From contig NIVC01000946.1 of assembly GCA_002269645.1 (NCBI GenBank), positions 186,001-250,000 of the forward strand: a stretch of 64,000 nucleotides of DNA, in the 5' to 3' direction. A program made the translations under genes and the position numbers. This DNA comes from Macrostomum lignano (taxonomy: Eukaryota). This document shows, piece after piece, positions 48,401 through 60,400 of the stretch (its first letter is position 1; each line of letters starts with the position of its first letter). Under the pieces are notes generated by a model that saw only the letters and a list, made by a program, of their open reading frames with translations, was not told the DNA's origin and did no database searches.

Positions 48401-51400
48401 GATTACTTACTGCACTTGGCAAACCAAGAATTACTGCACTCGATAAGCCATGGATTATTGCTATTAATAAACTAAGGATTACTGCACTCGATAGCCAAGG
48501 ATTACTGCGCTTGATAAGCTTGGCTACATGTATATGATTATTTCTATCCAGGGATGCTTGCTATTTAGGGATTCTTGCTATGTGCAGGATGCTTGCTATC
48601 TGGAAGGATGCTTCTACATTATTTGGGGTATGCTTGCTATCTGCAGATGCTTGCTATCTGCAGATGCTTGCTATCTGGGTGGATGCTTGCTAGGAGTATT
48701 AGGGGATGCTTGCTACTGGGGGGATGCTTGCTGTCTTGGGAATATTTTCTATTTAGGGGTAATGACTAAAATTCATGAGAGCTAGCCTAGAGGTAAACAG
48801 ACTAAACTGCTAAATGCAGGGACGATGGTTCAAATTTTTAGAGAGTAGAGTTTTTTTAATTAAAGCTTTTTAACGCCAAGACAAAAAAAAATTATGGAAG
48901 CGTCATGTAAAAATCATAGAAGCGTCATGTAAAAATCATAGAAGCGTCATGTAAACAATCATAAAAGCGTCATGTAAACAATCATAGAAGCGTCATGTAA
49001 ACAATCATAGAAGCGTCATGTAAACAATCATAGAAGCGTCATGTAAACAATCATAGAAGCGTCATGAAAAAATCATAGAAGCGTCATGTAAAAATCATAG
49101 AAGCGTCATGTAAAATCATAGAAGCGTCATAAAAAATCATAGAAGCGTCATGTTAAAATCATAGAAGCGTCGTGTAAACAATCATACAAGCGTCATGTAA
49201 ACAATCATAGAAGCGTCATGTAAAAAATCATAGAAGCGTCATGTTAAAATCATAAAAGCGTCATAAAAAATCATAGAAGCGTCATGTAAACAATCATAGA
49301 AGCGTCATGTAAACAATCATAGAAGCGTCATGTAAAAAATCATAGAAGCGTCATGTAAAAATCATAGAAGCGTCATGTAAAAATCATAGAAGCGTCATGA
49401 AAAAATCATAGAAGCGTCATGTAAAAATCATAGAAGCGTCATGTAAAAATCATAGAAGCGTCATGTAAAAAATCATAGAAGCGTCATGTAAACAATCATA
49501 GAAGCGTCATGTAAACAATCATAGAAGCGTCATGTAAACAATCATAAAAGCGTCATGTAAACAAGCATAGAAGCGTCATGTTAACATAGAAGCGTCATGA
49601 AAAAATCATAGAAGCCTCATATAAAAACTAATGAAAGTGTGTCTTTAAAAAATTAAGAAGCATCATGGAAGAATAAAAGAAGCGTAACGTAAAAATCAAA
49701 AGAAGCGTCATGTCAGACATAAAACAAGTGTCATAAAAATTAAATGAAGCTATAGTGCTGTGCTGGGGAGAATCACTGAGACGTCAAGGCTCACAGAGAA
49801 TAACTGAGATTACAGGGGGGTTTCTGAGATGTTAAAGCAAAAGTCAGAAGTTACTTCAAAGTACATGTACTTTACTTAAGTTTTTTTATTGCATTCTTTG
49901 TTGGCTTGCCACGGTGGGGGGGGCGCTGATAGAAGAAGAGTCATGTAAAAATAAAAGGAGCACTATGTATACATAAAATAAAAGTCATGTCAAAGTTAAA
50001 AGATTCATTTGGGAATTGCTACGATGTCAAAGCTTGGAGGGAATCGTTATAGTGCTGTGATTCTTAAAGAAGGAATCACTTAAATGCCAAGGCTTAGGGA
50101 AGAAGAATTGCTGTGATTTCAAGACTTTAGGTTGGGTTAAAGTTAGGTTTAGGTCAGGTGTGGGTTGAGGGTTATATTTTATCGGGTTTCAAGGTTAACA
50201 GGGGATTTTTTAGATTTCAAGGTTTATGGGGGGCATCGCTGACATGTCAAGGCTTACGAGGGGAATCTATCTATCTATCTATCTATGGCTGAGATGTCAA
50301 GGCTCACGGGGGAATAAATGAGATGTCAAGGCTAATGTCAGAAGCTACATGTAGTTTATTGGAAAAAAGTTATTACATTATTTGTTGGCTCCTCACGGGA
50401 GGGATCGCTGATAGAAAAAGCGTAATGTAAAAAAAAGAAGCTTCATGTCGAAGTTAAGAGATTCATTTGGGAATCCCTACGATGTCGAGGCTTGCAGGGA
50501 ATCGCTATAATGCTGTAGTAGTGCTATAGACTCTTAGAGAGAATTACTGAAAGTTCAATGCTTTAGGGTTAGGGTTAGGGTTAGGGTTCGGGTTAGGGTT
50601 AGAAAGTAGACAGATTTTTTAAGATTTCAAGGCTTATGGGAGCATCGCTGAGATGTCAAGGGGGGAGTTGATATGTTAAGGCTTGTGGGGGGGATTGCTG
50701 ACATGTCAAGGCTTACAAGGGTACTGGTAGCGTACTGAAGCATACTGGTAGAAGTAGCTCTGAAAGAAGGCAAGTATGGTTGAATTTCAATGTCTGTTAT
50801 AAAATTCTGCACAAACATGTTTTATTGGTACATAAGCCTGGAATTAAAATGAGAATTCGATTCCTAGCCCCCCTCCCTAAGAATTTTTTTTCATTTTAAA
50901 GGATTCGTCCCTTGCTTATTGGCCACCCCGAAGGGGGGCGCTAGATTGCTAGTCTGTAGCTAATGATCTGATTGACTAAGTTATCCCATATACTAAAAAT
51001 GAAAATCTTGCTTGCTTGTAATTCCATATACTAAAAATGGTCTGTCGGTATGTGTGTGTGTATGTGTGTGTGTGTGATCGATTTTAGCAAAAACGGCTCA
51101 ACCGATTTTCTTCGAACTTGCACTGTTCGATCAGAAATTTTCCCGTGACAGTACATGCATCGTGGCTAAGAAATTGCTTGATGCTAAAGGGATTAAATAT
51201 TCGAAAAACATGCTTTTTTGCAAAGGTCAAGCAGCTCTTTCGACTTGAAATGCATCGTAAGAATGCTAGCAGAAAAACTGACTGGTTGAATTCTGATTCT
51301 GAAATAGATTGCATCACAATACACTTTATTTATCGTCTGTGTACTGGCTGAATTTGACACTCAATTGAATTGCGTCACAGCTTTGAGTGTGAAAGCATAG

Positions 51401-54400
51401 CGCAGTACTGAATTTATATTACGTAACCATATTGTAAACTTTCATAGACACTGGTACTGACTTGCCTAAGAAATTGATTATGTCATAACTGCTTCGTGAG
51501 ACTTTTTACTCTACCTGACTTGGTGTGAGTGTTGAATTATATAAGTGGTACAACATCACTGATAACTTCGATGAGAGCTAGCCTAGAGCTGAACAGACCA
51601 GACTGTTAATGCAGCGACATAGGTTCGAATCTAAGTAGTTTAAAAGTAGTAGTGTAAATTTTTTATTAAAAGCTTTTATTGAAGGACTAAATAAAAACAC
51701 TTAGATTACTGCACTCGATAAGCCAAGGATTATTGCTATTAATAAACCAAGGACTACTGCACTCGATAAACCAAGGACTATTGCTCTTGGCAAACCAAGG
51801 ATTACTGCACTCAAGAAGCCAAGGATTATTGCTATTAATAAACCAAGGATTACTGCACTTGGAAAACCAAGGATTACTGCACTCGATAAACCAAGGACTA
51901 TTGCTCTTGGCAAACCAAGGATTACTGCACTCAAGAAGCCAAGGATTATTGCTATTAATAAACCAAGGATTACTGCACTTGGAAAACCAAGGATTACTGC
52001 ACTCGATAAACCAAGGACTATTGCTCTTGGCAAACCAAGGATTACTGCACTCAAGAAGCCAAGGATTATTGCACTTGGAAAACCAAGGATTACTGCACTC
52101 GATAAACCAAGGACTATTGCACTTGATAAACCAAGGAATATTGCACTTGATAGGCCAAGGATTACTGCACTTGATAAACCAAGGATTATTGCACTTGATA
52201 GGCCAAAGATTACTGCGCTTGATAAACCAAGGATTATTGCACTTGATAAACCAAGGATTATTGCACTTGATAAGCCAAGGATTACTGCGCTTGATAAACC
52301 AAGGATTATTGCACTTGATAAACAAAGGATTATTGCACTTGATAAACCAAGGATTATTGCACTTGATAGGCCAAAAATTACTGCGCTTGATAAACCAAGA
52401 ATTATTGCACTTGATAGGCCAAAAATTACTGCGCTTGATAAACCAAGGATTATTGCACTTGATAAACCAAGGATTATTGCACTTGATAAGCCAAGGATTA
52501 TTGCACTTGATAAACCAAGGATTATTGCAGTTGATAAGCCAAGGATTATTGCATCTGATAAACCAAAGATTATTGCACTTGATAAACCAAGGATTATTGC
52601 ACTTGATAAACAAAGGATTATTGCACTTGATAGGCCAAAGATTACTGCGCTTGATAAACCAAGGATTATTGCACTTGATAAACCAAGGATTATTGCACTT
52701 GATAAGCCAAGGATTATTGCACTTGATAAACCAAGGATTATTGCAGTTGATAAGCCAAGGATTATTGCATCTGATAAACCAAGGATTATTGCACTTGATA
52801 AACCAAGGATTATTGCACTTGATAAACCAAGGATTATTGCACTTGATAAACCAAGGATTATTGCTCTTGGCAAACCAAGGATTACTGCACTCGATAAGCC
52901 AAGGATTATTGCTCTTAATAAACCAAGGATTACTGCACTTGGAAAACTAAGGATTACTGCACTCGATAAACTAAGGATTATTGCTCTTGGCAAACCAAGG
53001 ATTATTGCACTTGATAGGCCAAGGATTACTGCACTTGATAAACCAAGGATTATTGCACTTGATAAACCAAGGATTATTGCACTTGATAAGCCAAGGATTA
53101 TTGCACTTGATAGGCCAAGGATTACTGCGCTTGATAAACCAAGGATTATTGCACTTGATAAACCAAGGATTATTGCAGTTGATAAGCCAAGGATTATTGC
53201 ACTTGATAAACCAAGGATTATTACACTTGATAAACCAAGGATTATTGCACTTGATAAACCAAGGATTATTGCACTTGATAGGCCAAGGATTACTGCACTT
53301 GATAAACCAAGGATTATTGCACTTGATAGGCCAAAGATTACTGCGCTTGATAAACCAAGGATTATTGCAGTTGATAAGCCAAGGATTATTGCACTTGATA
53401 AACCAAGGATTATTTCACTTGATAAACCAAGGATTATTGCACTTGATAAACAAATATTGCACTTGATAAACCAAGGATTATTGCACCTGATAAGCCAAGG
53501 ATTACTGCGCTAGATAAACCAAGGATTATTGCACTTAATAAACCAAGGATTATTGCACTTAATAAACCAAGGATTATTGCACTTGATAAACCAAGGATTA
53601 TTGCACTTGATAAACAAAGGATTATTTCACTTGATAAACCAAGGATTATTGCACTTTATAAGCCAAAGATTACTGCACTTGATAAACCAAGGATTATTGC
53701 ACTTGATAAACCAAGGATTATTGCACTTGATTAATCAAGGATTATTGCTATTAATAAACCAAGGATTATTGCACTAGCTGAGAAGCTGATTACTGCGCTG
53801 TCTAAAAAAGAGATTATTGCGCTCGCTGAGACGTGGATTGTTGCACAACCTGAGAAAGTGATTATTGCATTAGCGGAAGTAACATTTGCACTAGCTACTT
53901 GCTGTCTCGTGGATGCTTGCTCTCGAGGGGGGATACTTGCTATTTGGGAGAGGGGGTACTGGCTACATGCATGGGATTCTTTCTATCCAGGGATGCTTGC
54001 TATTCAGGGATTCTTGCTATCTGCAGGATGCTTGCTATTTAGGGATTCTTGCTATCTGCAGGATGCTTGCTATTTAGGGATTCTTGCTATCTGCAGGATG
54101 CTTGCTATCTGGGTGGATGCTTCTATAATATCTGGGGGTGCTTGCTATCTGCAGAATGCTTGCTATCTGCAGGATGCTTGCTATCTGGGTGGATGCTTCT
54201 ATAATATCTGGGGGGTGCTTGCTAATCTGCAGATGCTTGCTATCTGTGGTGATTCTTGCTATGAGCATTAGAGGATGCTTGCTATCTGCGATTGTTCACT
54301 TTTGGAGGGGGTTGCTTGCTGTCTTGGGAATATTTTCTATTTAGGGAAACGATATTTTGTTGACTGTTTGTTAATTTTAGAGAAAAAGTGATTTTTTAAT

Positions 54401-57400
54401 TTTGCAAACATCTTAGTCCGTGACAATTTTACACGAATAAGGTGATTTTTAAAATGTGAAGAAGGAATTAGTGTTTAAGAAAATGTGTTTTTTTATTGTT
54501 TTCCAGTAATTCTGTAGCTAATGATCTAATTGACGAAGGAATTCTGTAGCTAATGATCTAACTGACGAAGGAATTCTGTAGCTAAGGATCTAATTGACGA
54601 AGGAATTCTCTAGTTAAGGATCTAATTGACGAAGGAATTCTGTAGCTAATGATCTAATTGACGAAGGAATTCTGTAGCTAATGATCTAATTGACGAAGGA
54701 ATTCTGTAGCTAATGATCTAATTGACGAAGGAATTCTGTAGCTAATGATCTAATTGACGAAGGAATTCTCTAGTTAAGGATCTAATTGACGAAGGAATTC
54801 TGTAGCTAATGATCTAATTGACGAAGGAATTCTGTAGCTAATGATCTAATTGACGAAGGAATTCTCTAGTTAAGGATCTAATTGACGAAGGAATTCTGTA
54901 GCTAATGATCTAATTGACGAAGGAATTCTGTAGCTAATGATCTAATTGACGAAGGAATTCTCTAGTTAAGGATCTAATTGACGAAGGAATTCTGTAGCTA
55001 ATGATCTAATTGACGAAGGAATTCTGTAGCTAATGATCTAATTGACGAAGGAATTCTGTAGCTAATGATCTAATTGACGAAGGAATTCTGTAGCTAATGA
55101 TCTAATTGACGAAGGAATTCTCTAGTTAAGGATCTAATTGACGAAGGAATTCTGTAGCTAATGATCTAATTGACGAAGGAATTCTGTAGCTAATGATCTA
55201 ATTGACGAAGGAATTCTGTAGCTAATGATCTAATTGACGAAGGAATTCTGTAGCTAATGATCTAATTGACCAAAGTACAAAGTGGCTATTGATGTACTTA
55301 TTCCGCAGACTCCTGGTTGAATCTCATGGACGAAGCCAGTACCGTGAGCTACCAGCTTTCAGGCCAAACTTCTCAAGGTAACGTGGAGTTCGCCAAGTTC
55401 AGCGCGGTGCAGCCACCAGGTGCTACCGGGCAGTTTTGGAACGGGCAGCAGCTTGAGGTGAGATTTTCAGAGATTGTTTCTGAATTCGCTGAGTGCTTAC
55501 TGAGTGCTCTTGATGAGTGTTTGCTGAGTGTTTGCCGAGTACCTGCTGAGTGCTTACTGAGTGTTTACTGAGTGTTTTCTGAGTGCTTGCTGGGTGCTTG
55601 CTGAGTGCTTGCTGATGTTTTGCTGATTAACTATCGAGAATTCTGTCTGCAACACTCTGAATGTCAGCGTACAAGCATAATCTTCAAACTTGCCCCGCAG
55701 ATCACCTTCACTACCAGGTGGATGTTCTTTGCCGTCACACTGATGGGCGCGGGCACTAAGGACGCTTACTCCAGACAGTACTCAGGCATGACCGTCTACT
55801 ACTCGGACTCGGCACCCGGCAGCACTCCAGTGCTGGGCAGCATCAACTCTGCAGGCAGTCCGGTGAGCAGTTTTTCGTTGATGACCCGAGAACTTAAGCA
55901 GGCACACATTCGAAGGTTGTGACTTTCTCGGGTTGGGCAGGCAGCGTGACGTACTTCTTTGTTGTGACATTAAAAATACTATTTAAAAATCTAGAATTCA
56001 TCTAATCTACTTGTATAAGTAGTAGACTAGATGTTTTCTTACATTGTAGAATACTTTGTTTTATTTGGAACTTTACAGAGCGTGCTCACGGTGGATTCCA
56101 GCATCCTGTCCAGCCCCATAATTGTCAGGCTAAGGCGGTACATCTACGCCAGCAAGCTGATCATCTCTCCTGACTCGTTCAGCACGAGTGGCGCCATGAA
56201 AATTGATTTATGGGCTACGGAATTCGATGGTGAGTTGTCAACTCGTTGTGATGTGAGCAACAGGCAAAAGTGTCCACCCTTTCTCCAGAGACTTTGTGTC
56301 TCGGTTGAGTGGCAACTCGGAGACTCTGGGCCATAGACATTTATTCTGACACACGACTCAATGCGCATTGCTTAATCCACAGGATTGAGATAGACAGCTT
56401 GCACCTGTGGAACTCGATACGACCTACCTCTCTATGGTCAATCGAGATAAAATAATTGTTGTCATTTCGAATGATAAATACTGGTATTATGACAAATTGT
56501 GATTTAGGACAGATCTCGATGTGACTTAAAGCTAGGATCGAAGCCGGGGATTTCAGGCATAGAACGCATTCTTTATAAAACAGCTCGACCATAAGTTCAA
56601 TCTTATCTCACTCTAGGTCGCACCTGTGTTGGTTCCCAGCTAAGACTCATTTTTATCTTTATCTTTAAACACAACCCCAGATGCATTGATCATTGGATAC
56701 TTTCGCGGCTCTCCGTATCCACACCACAGGAGAGAAGCTGTCCTGCGAGAACAAGACGCAGTTGGAGGTGGTCAGTCCTCAGGCTGGCACCCAGACTATT
56801 GACTGCCAGGGCTCCTGGCTGCTGTTCTATCGGCACTGGGACTCCGAATGGCGAATGAACCGGAGCTGGTCGGCCTACCAGAACGGCTTCCGGTTTGAAG
56901 GCAACGGAAGCAGCAGCAACAGCAGCTCATTCTGGCTGGGACACGAGCTTCTCCAGTTGCTCTTTCTGGTCAGAGACTACCGGCTTAGGGTGGACTATTG
57001 GGACAGGTGAGCTTTGTTCCTGTCACGCTTTCTACAGTTAATTCCAAACGTTTCAGCTCAGTCAGGACGCGTTAAACATCGTCCAGATGTGTTCGACGTC
57101 GTTAAAGGGCGCAAGTAATAATCAAGCTATGGTGTCTAAAAGGCGACTAAAACACACCTTTAAAATGGTTTAAAACTTAAAGTGTCTGGAAAGTGCTCGA
57201 GACTCAATAAAAATCTTTTTTTCGTTGATAGATTGTTTAAATACAATCGCTATTCGCATGACACTAAAAAGCGTTTTGTATAGAAACTATAAAAGCGCTT
57301 GGAAATGTCGCTATCAACGACTCAAAAACGCTACAAAATCAACTGCAGGAGCGGGCAGTTCCGATACGTCGAGTGCAACAGGTTCCGCATCAGTCCGGTC

Positions 57401-60400
57401 TACCAAAACTACCGCCTGACTGTTGGCAACTGCTCCAGCGCCTTCGGCTCAGATGAAGCAGCTCTGATCGCCTCGCTGAATGGACTCACCTTCAGCGCTT
57501 ACGACTGGGGCGATCAGCGCGTCTGCGCGGCCTCCAGCGGCAGCGCCTGGTGGTTCAAGCCTGACATCGGCTGCTACTCAACTACTAAGCTGACTGGAGA
57601 CAGCGAGCAGCTCGAATGGTCGCCGGAACTGCAGGGCGGACGAGTTTCTATGCGGATGCTGTCCACTGAGAAGGCTGAGCCGGGTAAGGCCGTGTTAAGG
57701 GTATCGGTGCGTTTCAGAGCATTCTCTGTCGCTAAGCTCGTAGCTATCGTAGCCAAGCTCGTAGCTATTGCAGCCAAGCTCGTAGCTATCGTAGCCAAGC
57801 TCGTAGCTATTGCAGCCAAGCTCGTAGCTATCGTAGCCAAGCTCGTAGCTATTGCAGCCAAGCTCGTAGCTATTGCAGCCAAGCTCGTAGCTATCGTAGC
57901 CAAGCTCGTAGCTATTGCAGCCAAGCTCGTAGCTATCGTAGCCAAGCTCGTAGCTATTGCAGCCAAGCTCGTAGCTATCGTAGCCAAGCTCGTAGCTATT
58001 GCAGCCAAGCTCGTAGCTATCGTAGCCAAGCTCGTAGCTATTGCAGCCAAGCTCGTATCTATCGTAACTAAGCTCGTAGCAAAGTTTCCCAAGGACCGTG
58101 TACAAAATTTTAAGCAGACGAACACATTTTGTAATACAGTTATCAAATGATTATCTTAAAGTTTATATGACGTTTGAGTTCCTATCCTGTCAGTGTACAT
58201 GTCAATCAATTCTTAGTGATAGCCCATGCGCCTTTCAAACGTATAGATATAAATATGTAATAAGTAATTAATCACAGTATTTCCAATTGTGTTTTCAGCT
58301 CAAAACTTCAGCGAAACGTGTCAGAGTGACTACAATTGCCTTCATATGAACGATTCAGTGTGCTTGGCTCAAGATGGCACTTACGAGCTCAAATGTGACT
58401 GTTTAGTTGGTTGGATTTTCTCGCGACACGCTTGCAAGCCAAGTAAGCAGTAATGCTTAAATACGAGAATGCAGCAAATTATCCCTACTACAAAATTGTC
58501 ATTCTCCGATTTTAGTTGTCGATGTGCAAGCGCTGAACATTAGTACAGCAGCACCGCTGGCTAACTGGACTCGTCTGTCACAGAGAAACTTCACGCTCAC
58601 CATCTACTTGCTGGTAGCGAATGGCTCGGCCAATATCAGCGAGGCTACAGGTTCGGCCGTGAACTTCAACTTCACTGTCTATCTCTGGAACAATCAGAGC
58701 GCGGCCGCTCCCGCAGCGCTCATGCCAGACTATTGGTTGGCTAAATTTACTTGGCCCATCACCGGCAATCGGCAGGCCGCTAGAAAGCTGGGCGAGACCA
58801 TCGGACTGAGCTTGGGAGCCAGTGTGGTCATGGAGAGCGGCCGGCGGTGCAAGCAGGCCAAGTACTTGTGCATCGCCACGGTTAAATCGCCCACAGCCAA
58901 GTTTGTCGACCAGAACAGCCTGAACGATGCAGGCTGCATTGGCATCGCTAGCGATGTAATCTGTCAGCCGCCTGCGGACACGGAGCTGCTCCAGTTTCAG
59001 CTGAATCAGACGGAGCCCTATATTCGAACTACGCCGTACCGTGTTCCGCTGATTGCACTGGTGCGAACGGTGTCCGCCAGATGGCCAATCGCGCAAGTGC
59101 TGGATGGCGACGAGAATTTTCGGTTTGAGCTGCACTTTAGTGAGCAAAACTGCGCCAAGTCATGGGCGTGTCTCAACGCTAGCTCTGTTTTTAGTAACTT
59201 GACCGAGGGAAATCCTGCGCAGGCCAGTCTGGGCATGGAAGTCAACAGCACATTGGCTGTGCAGCTGGTGGCTCAGTTCAGCTTGGAGTATTGGCGCTGC
59301 GCCAGAGCCAGGTTTGTCTGCCTCTCCGCCTTCAGCGGAGAAAATGCCAGCTACCAGGAGGTCAACCTGGACAACAATGTTGCCTGTCAGCCTGTTGTAC
59401 TGAACTGTGTACCATTTGTTGACACTAGAGCTTCTGGGGTATCGCTAACCCTTGGAAATGAGTCCTGGCTGGCCAGGTATCCTGCCCATTTGAATGTTCG
59501 CGCGAGTCTGCAGCATCTCAGTGGACTGCCAATCGATCAGGTGTTTGGCCCTCAAACAAATTATTTTATTAGCTTTTTCCTCCAATTAAATGACACGGCC
59601 AGTTCTCAAGTTTTGCCAGTGGCAACTGACTGTCAATCAGTCGATTTGAAACAACCGCTGGCTCAAAGCGGAAACGTCAGTTTTGCGTGCTCAATCATAT
59701 TAAATGTCACTATTGAGGAATGCAGAAGTCTATCCAGCTATTGTCTGACATTTAACAGCTCAAAGAATGGCTCTTACACAGAGCTGGACCCGAGCAACAA
59801 CAGATGGTGCGATAGAATTTCCATCCCTATCAATTGCACTGGAGTGCCCATAGAGAATGCTTCGTGTCGCTTGTCGAACAACACACTACTGTCCAGTGTA
59901 CCACTGACTGTCGGTCTCAGCTGGGATGCTGGCTCGGCTGTGCATGCTGAATTGACTTATGGCAATGCTGACAGCTACAGATGGGACTGGCTGACCTACA
60001 ATCACACCGATCACTTTGGAAGGCACTCGGTTGATGCAGTCTATCGCTACTCTGACGACTTTGGCGACATGCCAATCACATGCCGATTCCGGAACGAGTT
60101 GGGCGAAGTTCGCATCAACAGAGTGGTTTCAATAATTGCCGATCTTAACGATTTCTTGTCCGTCGCTCTCTTGTACGAACCAGCAGTGGTACCGCTAAAT
60201 GCTAGCATCGAGTTTCGCTTGCTCAAAGGTTCTAACTACTCCTACATGAGCAATATTACCTGTTGGGTGACACCAGAGCTTCAAACAGATGGAATATTTG
60301 TTACTAGTTTTGCCTTTGGCCGCTTTGATAGAAAATTATTGACGTTTCAGTTTGTTGTCGAGGAGCCGTTCTCAAATATATCCGTGAAATGCTCAAATCA

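Larger units (their letters stand above)
46898..50952 (+). mobile_element. Non-autonomous Helitron carrying internal satellites
   Basis: 5' TCcatatactaaaaatg plus GT microsatellite plus aacggctcaaccgatttt-type subterminal motif; 3' hairpin gccacccc-gaa-ggggggc (50922-50939) then CTAG; removing it rejoins gaaggaat|tctgtagc of the host satellite. Confidence 0.75.

Noticed and set aside
2104-58150. Long repetitive ORFs in the track (e.g. 2104-2825, 9389-10431, 24828-26162, 27167-28286, 31914-33491, 37857-39290, 41154-41910, 51687-52993)
   Set aside because: They are translations of intronic minisatellites, open in several frames or strands because the units lack stops; real exons flank them with GT-AG sites.
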